Shown in pieces: positions 8,493 through 20,008 of a stretch of DNA of 64,000 bases. This DNA is from an uncultured Actinomycetota bacterium (lineage in GTDB: Bacteria > Actinomycetota > Actinomycetes > Actinomycetales > Dermatophilaceae), in the NCBI GenBank assembly GCA_963795035.1, contig CAWCFZ010000003.1, positions 265,075 through 329,074 of the forward strand, read 5' to 3'. The translations under genes and the position numbers were made by a program. Positions within the stretch are counted from its first letter, which is position 1. Each line of letters starts with the position of its first letter. The notes below the pieces were generated by a model. That model did not search any database, was not told the origin of the DNA, and worked only from the letters and a program-made list of their open reading frames with translations.

Positions 8493-9209
8493 CTACGGGC
8501 GGTGCGGCAGGCCGCCGATGTCGGCGACCGGCCAGAACCGCAGGACGACCGGGCCCACGACGCGCGCCATCGGGACCAGGCGCGCGCACTCGGGCCCGTC
8601 GACGGCCCCGCGGCAGCCGATGACCGAGTCGGCCGACTGCGAGCGGTGGTCGCCCAGCACGAGGAGGTTGTCGTCCGGGACGGTGATCTCCGGGAAGCAG
8701 CGGGTCGAGCGCGGGGTGCTCGAGCAGTCGAGGGAGCCGGCCGTGAAGGGCAGGTCCTCGTGGATGTACGGCTCGTCGAGGTTCTGCGAGTCGACGGTGA
8801 CCCGCCCGTCCGTGGAGCAGCAGGCCACCCGGTCGCCCGGCAGGCCCACGACCCGCTTGACCGTGTAGGCCGTGCTGCTCGGGCCGATGCCGGTGAGGTC
8901 CCCGAACCAGCGGGCCGCCCGCACCACCGGGTTGGTCGGGTCGGGCAGCGAGCGCTCCTGCCAGGTGTCCCCGTGCCCGAAGACGACGACGTCGCCTCGG
9001 GCGACCGAGCCGTCGAGCCGGTTGACGAGGATGCGGTCGCCGACGTGCAGGGTCTGCTCCATCGAGCGCGAGGGCACCCCGAACGGCTTGACGAGGAAGG
9101 CCTGCACCAGGGCCACCGCGACGAGCGCGAGGATGACCTCGGTGAACATGGGGAGCCGTCGACGGGGACGCGTCGTCGCCCCGTCCGACGCGGCCGCTGC
9201 GGTCGTCAC
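8493..9209 (-). CDS. lepB: Signal peptidase I (S26 family)
   Basis: TM segment ILALVAVALVQAFLV, Ser box PSRSMEQTL, Lys box KRVVGLPGD, box E GDHRSQSADS. The start is uncertain: GTG 9209 or ATG 9149. Confidence 0.85.
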   Translation of the reverse strand: MTTAAAASDGATTRPRRRLPMFTEVILALVAVALVQAFLVKPFGVPSRSMEQTLHVGDRILVNRLDGSVARGDVVVFGHGDTWQERSLPDPTNPVVRAARWFGDLTGIGPSSTAYTVKRVVGLPGDRVACCSTDGRVTVDSQNLDEPYIHEDLPFTAGSLDCSSTPRSTRCFPEITVPDDNLLVLGDHRSQSADSVIGCRGAVDGPECARLVPMARVVGPVVLRFWPVADIGGLPHRP

Positions 9210-9282
9210 GCGCGCCACTCTAGGTGACCCCCGGAGGTCCGTCGATTTGGTCGCCCACCTGCGGCTCGGCGAGACTGGGGTC

Positions 9283-9501
9283 ATGGTGTCGGTCGTTCTG
9301 GGGATGTTGTTCTGTGTCGGTCTGGCGCTCGCCGTCATGGCGCTCGTGGCGGTGCCCGCGCGCCGGGCCGGCCGCGACGTCCTCACCGAGCGCGGGGTGG
9401 AGGTCGTCGGGTCGATCCGCGACCGCCAGATCACCCTCGGGCGCCCCGAGGTCGACGTCGACCCGCAGCGGGCCGACGACGTCGTCCTCGCCCACGGCTG
9501 A
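9283..9501 (+). CDS. Small hypothetical membrane protein (72 aa)
   Basis: ATG 9283. One hydrophobic helix VSVVLGMLFCVGLALAVMALVAV followed by a charged tail. Strong G/C third-position bias; weak ribosome-binding site. Confidence 0.4.
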   Translation: MVSVVLGMLFCVGLALAVMALVAVPARRAGRDVLTERGVEVVGSIRDRQITLGRPEVDVDPQRADDVVLAHG

Positions 9502-9526
9502 CCCGCCCCTCCCGACAGGAGCCCGC

Positions 9527-11476
9527 GTGAACTCCGGCATCGACCACACCGGCGTCGACAGCGACGTCCGCCCGCAGGACGACCTCTTCGCCCACGTCAA
9601 CGGCCGATGGGTCGCGACGACCACCATCCCGGCCGACCGGGGGCGCTACGGCAGCTTCGACGCCCTGCGCGAGTCGGCCGAGGAGCACGTGCGCGCCATC
9701 ATCGAGGAGGTCGCGGCCGGGGCGCCCGCCCCCGGCACCGTCGCGGCGAAGGTCGGTGACCTCTACGCCAGCTTCATGGCGCACGACGCGGTCGAGGCCC
9801 TGGGGACCACGCCGCTGCGCGACGACCTCGCGACCGCAGGAGCCGTCGACGGCCCGGCCGACGTCGTGGCCGCCACCGGCCGCCTCGGCCGCAGCGGGGT
9901 GGGCGGCCTCGTCATTCCCTTCGTCAACACCGACGACCGCGACCCCGACCGCTACGTGGTCTACCTCGAGCAGTCCGGCCTCGGGCTGCCCGACGAGTCG
10001 TACTACCGCGACGACGAGCACGCGGCCAAGCGCGAGGCCTACGTCGGGCACGTCGGGCGGATGCTCGCGCTCGCCGGGTGGGACGACCCCGCCGGTGCCG
10101 CCGGACGCGTCATGGCGCTCGAGACGCGCCTCGCGGCCGGGCACTGGGACAAGGTCACCAACCGCGACCCGGTGAGGACCTACACCCTGGTCGACCGGGC
10201 CGGTCTCGCCGAGCTGGCCCCGCTGGACTGGGACGCGTACCTCACCGGCCTGGGCGCCCCGCGGGGCGCCTTCGACGCCGTCGTCGTGCGCCAGCCCGAC
10301 CACCTGCGCTCGGTCGCCGACGCCCTGACCCAGGAGCCGGTGCAGGCCTGGCGCGACTGGCTGGCGTGGAACGTCGTGCACGCGCACGCCCCCTACCTCT
10401 CGGCCGCGTTCGTCGAGGAGAACTTCGACTTCTACGGGCGCACCCTGTCCGGGGTCCCCGAGATCCGCGAGCGCTGGAAGCGCGGCGTCGCGCTCGTCGA
10501 GGAGGCCCTGGGGGAGGCCGTCGGCCAGCTCTACGTCGACCGGCACTTCCCCCCGCGGGCCAAGGACCGCATGCTCGAGCTCGTCGCCAACCTCGTCGAG
10601 GCGTTCCGGCAGAGCCTGTCAGCGGTGCCGTGGATGGGGGACGACACGCGGCGCGAGGCGCTGGCCAAGCTCGGCCAGTTCACCCCGAAGGTCGGCTACC
10701 CCGAGCAGTGGCGCGACTACGGCGCCCTCGAGGTCTCGCCGGACGACCTGCTCGGCAACGTCCGCCGCGCCGTCGCCTTCGAGATCGACCGCGGCTTCGC
10801 CAAGCTCGGCGGCCCCGTCGACCGCGACGAGTGGTTCATGACCCCGCAGACCGTCAACGCCTACTACAACCCCGGGCTCAACGAGATCGTCTTCCCCGCC
10901 GCCATCCTCCAGCCGCCGTTCTTCGACGTCGACGCCGACGACGCGGTCAACTACGGCGGCATCGGCGCCGTCATCGGGCACGAGATCGGCCACGGCTTCG
11001 ACGACCAGGGCTCGCAGTTCGACGGCAGCGGCACGCTGCGCAACTGGTGGACCGACGACGACCGCGCCGCCTTCCAGGCGCTCGCCGACGCCCTCGTCGC
11101 CCAGTTCTCCACGCTTCAGACGCGCGACGCCCCGGGCCGCACGGTCAACGGCGCGCTCACCGTGGGGGAGAACATCGGCGACCTCGGCGGCCTGACCATC
11201 GGGCACCGGGCCTACCGCATCTCGCTGGAGGGCGGGGACGCCCCGCTGCTCGACGAGCTCACGGGCGACCAGCGCTTCTTCGTCGGCTGGGCGCAGGTCT
11301 GGCGCGGCGTCGCGCGGCGCGAGGAGGCCGAGCGCCTCCTCGTCATCGACCCTCACGCGCCGATGGACCTGCGGGCCAACGCGGCCCGCAACCTCGACGA
11401 GTTCCACGACGCGTTCGGCACCGCCGAGGGCGACGGGATGTGGCTCGACCCCGAGCACCGGGTCCGCATCTTCTAG
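9527..11476 (+). CDS. M13 family zinc metallopeptidase (neprilysin/PepO-like)
   Basis: GTG 9527 preceded by AGGAG. Motifs VNAYYNP, HEIGHGFD (HExxH), GENIGDLGG. Confidence 0.9.
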   Translation: MNSGIDHTGVDSDVRPQDDLFAHVNGRWVATTTIPADRGRYGSFDALRESAEEHVRAIIEEVAAGAPAPGTVAAKVGDLYASFMAHDAVEALGTTPLRDDLATAGAVDGPADVVAATGRLGRSGVGGLVIPFVNTDDRDPDRYVVYLEQSGLGLPDESYYRDDEHAAKREAYVGHVGRMLALAGWDDPAGAAGRVMALETRLAAGHWDKVTNRDPVRTYTLVDRAGLAELAPLDWDAYLTGLGAPRGAFDAVVVRQPDHLRSVADALTQEPVQAWRDWLAWNVVHAHAPYLSAAFVEENFDFYGRTLSGVPEIRERWKRGVALVEEALGEAVGQLYVDRHFPPRAKDRMLELVANLVEAFRQSLSAVPWMGDDTRREALAKLGQFTPKVGYPEQWRDYGALEVSPDDLLGNVRRAVAFEIDRGFAKLGGPVDRDEWFMTPQTVNAYYNPGLNEIVFPAAILQPPFFDVDADDAVNYGGIGAVIGHEIGHGFDDQGSQFDGSGTLRNWWTDDDRAAFQALADALVAQFSTLQTRDAPGRTVNGALTVGENIGDLGGLTIGHRAYRISLEGGDAPLLDELTGDQRFFVGWAQVWRGVARREEAERLLVIDPHAPMDLRANAARNLDEFHDAFGTAEGDGMWLDPEHRVRIF

Positions 11477-11519
11477 GTCGCGGTTTGGGGGCTCACGTCC
11501 CGGCTGGAAGGATGGAGCG

Positions 11520-12725
11520 GTGAGCGCCATCGACACCCTCTGGGAGTACCTCGCCGTCGCCGTCGGCATCTTCGTGGTCGTCGGGGGCATCGCCCTCGGC
11601 CTGCTGCGGGGCCGGAGCGGCCGCACCAAGGACCTGCCGCCGACCCCGTCGCACCCGCCGGCACACGGCGGCTCGGCGATCGACGTCGACGAGCCCCTCG
11701 AGGGGGCCATCGGCACGATCGAGTCGCCCGACGACATCGCGCTCGAGCCCGACGCCGTCCCGGAGGTCGCGCCCGAGCCGGTCCGGACGATCGAGCGCCC
11801 CGACGCACCGGCCGGCCGCCTGCGCCGGCTGCGGGCCCGGCTCGCGCGCTCCAACACCGCCCTGGGCAAGGGACTGCTGGCGCTGCTGTCCGGCGGGACG
11901 CTCGACGAGGCCGCCTGGGAGGAGGTCGAGGACACCCTGCTGGCCGCCGACCTCGGGGTCGGCGCGACCACCGCGCTCGTCGACGCGCTGCGCACCCGCG
12001 TCGCCGTCGAGGGCGCCACCGACGAGGCCACGGTCCGCGGCTGGCTGCGCGCGGAGCTGCTGGCGGTCATCGACCCCTCGATGGACCGCTCGATCAGCTC
12101 CTCCCGCGTCGACGGCCGGCCGGCGTGCATCCTCGTCGTCGGGGTCAACGGCACCGGCAAGACGACGACCGTGGGCAAGCTGGCCCGGGTCCTCGTCGCG
12201 CAGGACAAGGACGTCGTCCTCGGCGCCGCCGACACCTTCCGTGCCGCCGCCGCCGACCAGCTGGCCACGTGGGGCGAGCGGGTGGGCGTGCCCACCGTGC
12301 GCTCGGACCGCGAGGGAGCCGACCCGGCCGCGGTCGCGTTCGACGCCGTCAAGGCCGCCGGCGAGCTCGAGGCCGACGTCGTCATCATCGACACCGCCGG
12401 GCGCCTGCAGAACAAGACCGGCCTCATGGACGAGCTCGGCAAGGTCAAGCGGGTCATCGAGAAGCGCAGCCCGGTCGACGAGGTGCTCCTCGTGCTGGAC
12501 GCCACCACCGGTCAGAACGGCATGCGCCAGGCACAGGTCTTCGGCGAGGTCGTCGGCATCACCGGCATCGTCCTCACCAAGCTCGACGGCACCGCCAAGG
12601 GCGGCATCGTCGTCGCGGTGCAGCGCGAGCTTGGGGTCCCCGTCAAGCTCGTCGGGCTCGGTGAGGGCCCGGACGACCTCGCGCCGTTCGACCCCGAGGC
12701 GTTCGTCGACGCCATCCTGGACTGA
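11520..12725 (+). CDS. ftsY: Signal recognition particle receptor FtsY
   Basis: NG domain with [29 protein letters not shown]. Acidic N-terminal region. Confidence 0.95.
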   Translation: MSAIDTLWEYLAVAVGIFVVVGGIALGLLRGRSGRTKDLPPTPSHPPAHGGSAIDVDEPLEGAIGTIESPDDIALEPDAVPEVAPEPVRTIERPDAPAGRLRRLRARLARSNTALGKGLLALLSGGTLDEAAWEEVEDTLLAADLGVGATTALVDALRTRVAVEGATDEATVRGWLRAELLAVIDPSMDRSISSSRVDGRPACILVVGVNGTGKTTTVGKLARVLVAQDKDVVLGAADTFRAAAADQLATWGERVGVPTVRSDREGADPAAVAFDAVKAAGELEADVVIIDTAGRLQNKTGLMDELGKVKRVIEKRSPVDEVLLVLDATTGQNGMRQAQVFGEVVGITGIVLTKLDGTAKGGIVVAVQRELGVPVKLVGLGEGPDDLAPFDPEAFVDAILD

Positions 12726-12778
12726 CGCCACCGGCCGGCACCGCCGCAGCAGGGCCGCAGCAGGGCCGCAGGGCAGCG

Positions 12779-13180
12779 TCAGGCTGGCGGCGGCGGCGGC
12801 ACGGCGCAGGCGGGGGTCCCGCCGGGCAGCCGGTACCGGTTGCGCGACACCCACCGGTAGGCCACGCCGGCGAGCGGGCGCACGCCGGGCAGGAGCAGGA
12901 CCGCCCCGGCCGGGCGCACCCACCACCGCGACGCGAGCAGGGCGCGGGCCACGGCGAGGTGCGCGGCGGCCACCCGGCCGTCGGCGTCGACCCACTGCAG
13001 GGCGTCGACGCACTCCTGCTCGGTGAGCCCCAGCGCGGGGAGGTCGACCCGCTGCCACGGCTCCACCGCGAAGTCGCCGGGGGAGCGGCGCAGCCGGTCC
13101 ACGAGGAGGGTCGCGCTCGTCGTGCAGAAGGCGCAGTCCCCGTCGAAGACGAGGACCGGCCGCGGTGCGCTGGAGGGCAT
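12779..13180 (-). CDS. Thiol-disulfide oxidoreductase DCC family (DUF393)
   Basis: VFDGDCAFC motif near the N-terminus. The start is either ATG 13180 or the upstream ATG 13252. Confidence 0.75.
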   Translation of the reverse strand: MPSSAPRPVLVFDGDCAFCTTSATLLVDRLRRSPGDFAVEPWQRVDLPALGLTEQECVDALQWVDADGRVAAAHLAVARALLASRWWVRPAGAVLLLPGVRPLAGVAYRWVSRNRYRLPGGTPACAVPPPPPA

Positions 13181-13234
13181 GTCGACATCGTCGCACGGGA
13201 CGCGGGTCTCACCATCCGGGACGGGGGCGGGGTC

Positions 13235-13303
13235 GAAACCCGATGTTGACACCGGGCGCCGCTTCGCAACCTCCCCGAAACACGAGAGCGCCGGGGGCGA
13301 AAC
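13235..13303 (+). promoter_or_regulatory. Putative GlnR-type operator upstream of amtB (GAAAC-n6-TTGAC ... GCAAC-n6-GAAAC, plus a third GAAAC)
   Basis: Half-sites at 13235, 13246, 13266, 13277 and 13299. The xxxAC-n6-xxxAC spacing resembles reported actinobacterial GlnR boxes, and the site sits directly before amtB-glnK-glnD. Confidence 0.4.
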
Positions 13304-13326
13304 CCGGCGCCGTCACCGTTGGGTCC

Positions 13327-15080
<1,754 letters not shown>

Positions 15081-17486
15081 GTGATGTCGACCCCCTCGAG
15101 CGAGATCGGCTCCAGGCGGCTCGACCTGGCCGGCACCCGTGACTTCGCCGTCGCGGGTGCCGGCCGGGCGCGCCGGGAGGCACTCTCCGCGTTCAACCGG
15201 AACTGGCTCGCCGAGATCTGGCGGTCGGCCACCGGGGGGACGCGCCTCGAGGGCGTCGCCCTCGCCGCGGTCGGGAGCCTGGGCCGCGGCGACGCCGGGC
15301 CGCTCAGCGACTACGACCTCGTCCTCGTGCACTCCGAGCGCTCCCTGCCCGCCAAGGAGCTCACCGCGCTCGCCGACCGCATCTGGTACCCGATCTGGGA
15401 CGCCGGTGTCCGCCTGGACCACAGCGTCCGCACCGTGAGCCAGTGCCGCCAGGTGGCCGCCGCCGACCTCACCGCCGCCGTCGGGCTGCTCGACCTCACC
15501 GCCCTCGCCGGCGACGCCGAGCTCGTCGCGGCGGCGCGCTCGACCGTGGCGCACGACTGGCGGGGCAACGCCCGCAAGCGCCTCCCGCAGCTCGTCGAGG
15601 CCGTCCACGCGCGCCACCAGCGCCAGGGCGACCTCGCCCAGTCCATCGAGCCCGAGCTCAAGGAGGCCCACGGGGGCCTGCGTGACATGACCGTGCTCGC
15701 GGCGCTCGCCGAGGCCTGGCTCGCCGACCGCCCCCACGGCGGGGTCGACGCCGCGCACGCCGTGCTGCTCGACGTCCGCGACGCCGTCCACGTCGTCACC
15801 GGCCGGGGGCGCGACCGCCTGGGCCGCGAGGAGCACGACGCCGTCGCGGCGCTGCTCGGCCACGCCGACGCCGACGACCTGCTCACCGCGGTCTCCTCCG
15901 CCGGCCGCCTCGTCGCCTACGCCCTGGACGGCACGCTGCGCCGGGCCGGCCAGTCCCAGCGCGCCCGCACCCTGCGCGTCGGCCCACGGCGACCGCAGAT
16001 GACGCCGCTGGGCCACGGCCTGTTCGACAGCGACGGCGAGGTCGTGCTCGGCTCGGCACGCCTGGCCGAGGCCGACTCCTCGATGCCGCTGCGCGCCGGC
16101 GTCGTGGCCGCGAGGGCGGGGCTGCCCATCGGCCCGGCGACCCTGGACAACCTCGCGCGCTCGGCCCCGGCGCCCGGCGAGCCGTGGACCGCGGTGACCC
16201 GCGACCTCCTCGGCGACCTCCTCGCCTCCGGGCCCGGGCTCGTCACCGTGTGGGAGGGCCTGGACCAGGTCGGGATCGTCGACACGTGGCTGCCGGAGTG
16301 GGCCGCGGTCCGCTCTCGCCCGCAGCACAACGCCGTCCACCGCCACACCGTCGACCGGCACCTCGTCGAGACGGTCGTGCGGGCCGCCGGGCTGGTCCGG
16401 CGTGTCTCGCGTCCCGACCTGCTCCTCGCGGGCGCGCTCCTGCACGACATCGGCAAGGTCCGCGGCGCCCACGACCACTCGGTGACCGGGGCGGGGCTCA
16501 CCGCCACCATCGCCGCCCGCTGGGGCTACTCCCCGCGCGACGTCGACGTCCTGGTGACCTTGGTGCGCGAGCACCTGACCCTCATCGAGCTGGCCACCCG
16601 GCGCGACCACCAGGACCCGATGACCGTCGACGCCGCGGTGGCGGCGGTCGGGGGCGACGCGGAGGTCTTCGAGATGCTCCTCGCGCTCACCGAGGCCGAC
16701 GCCTCGGCGGCAGGCCCACTGGCCTGGACCGACTGGCGCGCCACCCTGCTCGACCAGCTCGCCGTCGCGGTGCGTGACCGGCTGCGGGGGCCGGACCCCA
16801 CGCTGACGGGCGCCGGTGCCGTGGGGGCGGACACCCCGGCCGCGCTGCCCGACGACCTCGTCGCCGCCGTGCGGGGCGGCGACCCCCACGTGCACGTCAT
16901 CGACCACGGGGGGTCGCACCGCCTCGACATCACCGACCTGGACCGGGTGGGCCTGTTCGCGGACACCGCCGGGCTGCTCGCGGCGGAGGGGCACACCGTC
17001 CGCACGGCGATCCTGCGCACCGTCGAGGGGGTCGCGGTCAACGAGTGGCACGTCGAGTCGCCGAGCGGCGCCGTCCCCGACCCGGCCCGGCTCGAGCGCG
17101 GGCTGGCCCGCCTCGGCCGCGGCGACCGGGGCCCGCTGTCGACCCTGGACCGCCGCCGCGCCCACCTGCCCCGCCCCTCCGGACAGAGCAGCCTCGGCAC
17201 CCCGGGCCAGGCGCGGGCTCTCGTCGTCCCCGGCGCGAGCAGCGACTCCACCGTCCTCGAGGTCCGGGCGCAGGACCGCCCGGGGCTGCTCCACGAGCTC
17301 GGCGCGGCCCTCGCCGGCGCGGGGATCTCGGTGCGCTCGGCCCACATCGCGACCTACGCGGGGCAGACGCTCGACACGTTCTACCTCACCGGCGCCGACG
17401 GCCTGACCCTGCCTCCGGCCCGGGTGGCGCAGGCGGTGAGTCTCGTCATCGACACCTGCGACGGGGTGGCTCCTGCGGCCCGTTAG
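15081..17486 (+). CDS. glnD: [Protein-PII] uridylyl/adenylyl-transferase GlnD
   Basis: Nucleotidyltransferase motif GSLGRGDAGPLSDYDLVLV, HD domain LLHDIGK, C-terminal ACT-like repeats. Start is GTG 15081 or ATG 15084. Confidence 0.92.
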   Translation: MMSTPSSEIGSRRLDLAGTRDFAVAGAGRARREALSAFNRNWLAEIWRSATGGTRLEGVALAAVGSLGRGDAGPLSDYDLVLVHSERSLPAKELTALADRIWYPIWDAGVRLDHSVRTVSQCRQVAAADLTAAVGLLDLTALAGDAELVAAARSTVAHDWRGNARKRLPQLVEAVHARHQRQGDLAQSIEPELKEAHGGLRDMTVLAALAEAWLADRPHGGVDAAHAVLLDVRDAVHVVTGRGRDRLGREEHDAVAALLGHADADDLLTAVSSAGRLVAYALDGTLRRAGQSQRARTLRVGPRRPQMTPLGHGLFDSDGEVVLGSARLAEADSSMPLRAGVVAARAGLPIGPATLDNLARSAPAPGEPWTAVTRDLLGDLLASGPGLVTVWEGLDQVGIVDTWLPEWAAVRSRPQHNAVHRHTVDRHLVETVVRAAGLVRRVSRPDLLLAGALLHDIGKVRGAHDHSVTGAGLTATIAARWGYSPRDVDVLVTLVREHLTLIELATRRDHQDPMTVDAAVAAVGGDAEVFEMLLALTEADASAAGPLAWTDWRATLLDQLAVAVRDRLRGPDPTLTGAGAVGADTPAALPDDLVAAVRGGDPHVHVIDHGGSHRLDITDLDRVGLFADTAGLLAAEGHTVRTAILRTVEGVAVNEWHVESPSGAVPDPARLERGLARLGRGDRGPLSTLDRRRAHLPRPSGQSSLGTPGQARALVVPGASSDSTVLEVRAQDRPGLLHELGAALAGAGISVRSAHIATYAGQTLDTFYLTGADGLTLPPARVAQAVSLVIDTCDGVAPAAR

Positions 17487-17495
17487 CCTTGTCCG

Positions 17496-19118
17496 GTGTT
17501 CACGAGCCTGTCCGACCGCCTGACCGCGACCTTCAAGAACCTGCGCACGAAGGGGCGCCTCACCGAGTCCGACGTCAACCGGACCGTCCGCGACATCCGC
17601 CTGGCCCTGCTCGACGCCGACGTGGCGCTGCCCGTCGTCAAGGAGTTCACCGGCCGCGTGCGCGAGCGGGCCCTGGGTGCCGAGGTCAGCGAGGCGCTCA
17701 ACCCCGCGCAGCAGGTCGTCAAGATCGTCAACGAGGAGCTCGTCGCCATCCTCGGGGGGGAGACGCGCACGCTGCGGTTCGCCAAGAACCCGCCCACCGT
17801 CATCATGCTCGCGGGCCTCCAGGGCTCCGGCAAGACCACCCTGGCCGGCAAGCTCGCCACCTGGCTCAAGGCCCAGGGGCACACGCCGATCCTCGTCGCC
17901 GCCGACCTCCAGCGCCCCAACGCGGTGACCCAGCTCGAGGTCGTCGGCCAGCGCGCGGGCGTCCCGGTCTTCGCCCCCGAGCGGGGCAACGTCGGCGGGC
18001 ACGACGCGGTCAGCGGTGGCACGGAGGGGACCCGCTCGTTCGGTGACCCCGTGTCGGTGTCGCGCGCCGGGGTCGCCGAGGCTCGCGCCCGGCAGCACGA
18101 CGTCGTCATCGTCGACACCGCCGGCCGCCTCGCCGTCGACGCCGACCTCATGCAGCAGGCGGCCGACATCCGCGAGGCGGTGCAGCCCGACGAGGTCCTG
18201 TTCGTCATCGACGCGATGATCGGCCAGGCCGCGGTCGAGACCGCGGAGGCCTTCCTCGAGGGGGTCGACTTCACCGGTGTCGTGCTGTCCAAGCTCGACG
18301 GTGACGCGCGCGGAGGGGCGGCGCTGTCGGTCGCGTCGGTCACCGGGCGTCCGATCATGTTCGCCTCCACCGGCGAGCAGCTGAAGGACTTCGAGGTCTT
18401 CCACCCCGACCGCATGGCCTCGCGCATCCTCGACATGGGTGACGTCCTCACCCTCATCGAGCAGGCCGAGAAGGCCATCGACCGCACCCAGGCCGCGGAG
18501 ATGGAGCGCAAGTTCCTCGCGGCCGAGGACTTCACCTTCGACGACTTCCTCCAGCAGATGGCCGCCATCAAGAAGATGGGGTCGCTGAAGTCGATCCTCG
18601 GGATGATGCCGGGCATGGGCCAGATGAAGGCCCAGATCGACGCCTTCGACGAGCGTGAGTTCGACCGGGTCGAGGCCATGGTCCGCTCGATGACCCCCTT
18701 CGAGCGCAACCACCCCAAGCAGATCAACGGCTCGCGCCGCTCGCGCATCGCCAAGGGCTCCGGGGTCACGACCTCGGAGGTCAACCAGCTCCTCGAGCGG
18801 TTCGGTGACGCCCAGAAGATGATGAAGCAGCTCGCCCGCGGCGGCGGCATGCCCGGGATGCCGGGGATGCCCGGAGGTGGCTCGGGGCCGGGCAAGCGCG
18901 GTCGCCAGCAGCAGCAGCCGCAGCGCAAGAAGTCCAAGTCGGGCAACCCGGCCAAGCGAGCCGCCGAGGAGAGGTCGGGCGGGGCGCGCCCGCCGGCCCC
19001 GACCGGGGGGTCCTTCGGGGCGGGTCCCGGCGGCGACGGCGCCCCGGGTGGGTTCGACCCCTCGGCCATCGACCCGGCCCAGCTGCCGAAGGGCTTCGAG
19101 AAGTTCCTGGGCACGTGA
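17496..19118 (+). CDS. ffh: Signal recognition particle protein Ffh
   Basis: GLQGSGKTT, DTAGRL, SKLDGDARGG. Met-rich M domain (MGSLKSILGMMPGMGQM) and a basic Gly/Pro tail. Confidence 0.96.
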   Translation: MFTSLSDRLTATFKNLRTKGRLTESDVNRTVRDIRLALLDADVALPVVKEFTGRVRERALGAEVSEALNPAQQVVKIVNEELVAILGGETRTLRFAKNPPTVIMLAGLQGSGKTTLAGKLATWLKAQGHTPILVAADLQRPNAVTQLEVVGQRAGVPVFAPERGNVGGHDAVSGGTEGTRSFGDPVSVSRAGVAEARARQHDVVIVDTAGRLAVDADLMQQAADIREAVQPDEVLFVIDAMIGQAAVETAEAFLEGVDFTGVVLSKLDGDARGGAALSVASVTGRPIMFASTGEQLKDFEVFHPDRMASRILDMGDVLTLIEQAEKAIDRTQAAEMERKFLAAEDFTFDDFLQQMAAIKKMGSLKSILGMMPGMGQMKAQIDAFDEREFDRVEAMVRSMTPFERNHPKQINGSRRSRIAKGSGVTTSEVNQLLERFGDAQKMMKQLARGGGMPGMPGMPGGGSGPGKRGRQQQQPQRKKSKSGNPAKRAAEERSGGARPPAPTGGSFGAGPGGDGAPGGFDPSAIDPAQLPKGFEKFLGT

Positions 19119-19951
19119 CCCGCGACGAGGGCGGCGAGCTCTTCACCACGGCCGTCGGCACGGCCGGGCCGCGGGTCGCCTTCCTCCACGGGCTGTTCGG
19201 GCAGGGCCGCAACTGGTCCCAGGTGGCCAAGGCGGTCTCCGGGCCGGACGGCACCGGGGCCCGCTGCCTCCTCGTGGACCTGCCCGACCACGGCCGGTCG
19301 CCGTGGACCGACGAGTTCTCCTACGAGGGCTACGCCGCGCGCGTGGCGGCCACCCTGGAGGCCACGGCGCCGGGGGAGCGGTGGGTCGTCGTCGGGCACA
19401 GCCTCGGCGGCAAGGTCTCGATGGTCCTCACCCTGACCCATCCCGAGCTCGTCGCCAGCCTCGTCGTCGTCGACATCGCTCCCAAGGACTACGGCGACCT
19501 CGACCGTTTCCGCGGGTACATCGACGGGATGGCGGCACTGCCGCTCGCCGAGATCACCACGCGTGCGGATGCCGAACAGCGTTTCGCCGCAACCGAACCC
19601 GATGCCGGGGTGCGCGGCTTCCTCCTGCAGAACCTGCGTCGGCACGGTGACGCGTGGTCGTGGCAGGTGAACCTCGACCTCGTCGCGCGCGACGCTGGGC
19701 GAGGGAGCGAGTCGGACATCGCCGGCTTCCCCGACCTGTCCGCACCCCCCTGGGACGGGCCGGTCGTCTGGCTCGTCGGGTCCGAGTCGGGCTACGTCCG
19801 CGACGACGACGACCCGACGATGCGGGCCCTGTTCCCGCGCACCCGCCTGGTGACCGTCAACGGCGTCGGGCACTGGGTCCACAGCGACGCTCCGCAGGTG
19901 GTCACCGAGACGATCCGCCGCGTGGTGCGCGCCGCCGCCGACCACTCCTGA
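19115..19951 (+). CDS. Alpha/beta fold hydrolase
   Basis: GTG start overlaps the ffh stop (GTGA). Nucleophile elbow GHSLGG; C-terminal GHWVHSD histidine block. Confidence 0.8.
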   Translation: MTRDEGGELFTTAVGTAGPRVAFLHGLFGQGRNWSQVAKAVSGPDGTGARCLLVDLPDHGRSPWTDEFSYEGYAARVAATLEATAPGERWVVVGHSLGGKVSMVLTLTHPELVASLVVVDIAPKDYGDLDRFRGYIDGMAALPLAEITTRADAEQRFAATEPDAGVRGFLLQNLRRHGDAWSWQVNLDLVARDAGRGSESDIAGFPDLSAPPWDGPVVWLVGSESGYVRDDDDPTMRALFPRTRLVTVNGVGHWVHSDAPQVVTETIRRVVRAAADHS

Positions 19952-20008
19952 GGCCGACCTGCCCTCGGGGCACTGTCGCGGCGCGGAGGAGATGGACATA
20001 CTCGTCCG

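Noticed and set aside
13287-13311. Hairpin just upstream of amtB as a riboswitch or attenuator
   Set aside because: It is only about 23 nt with an 8-bp stem, and there is no conserved riboswitch core that I can recognise. It more likely overlaps the operator or promoter region.
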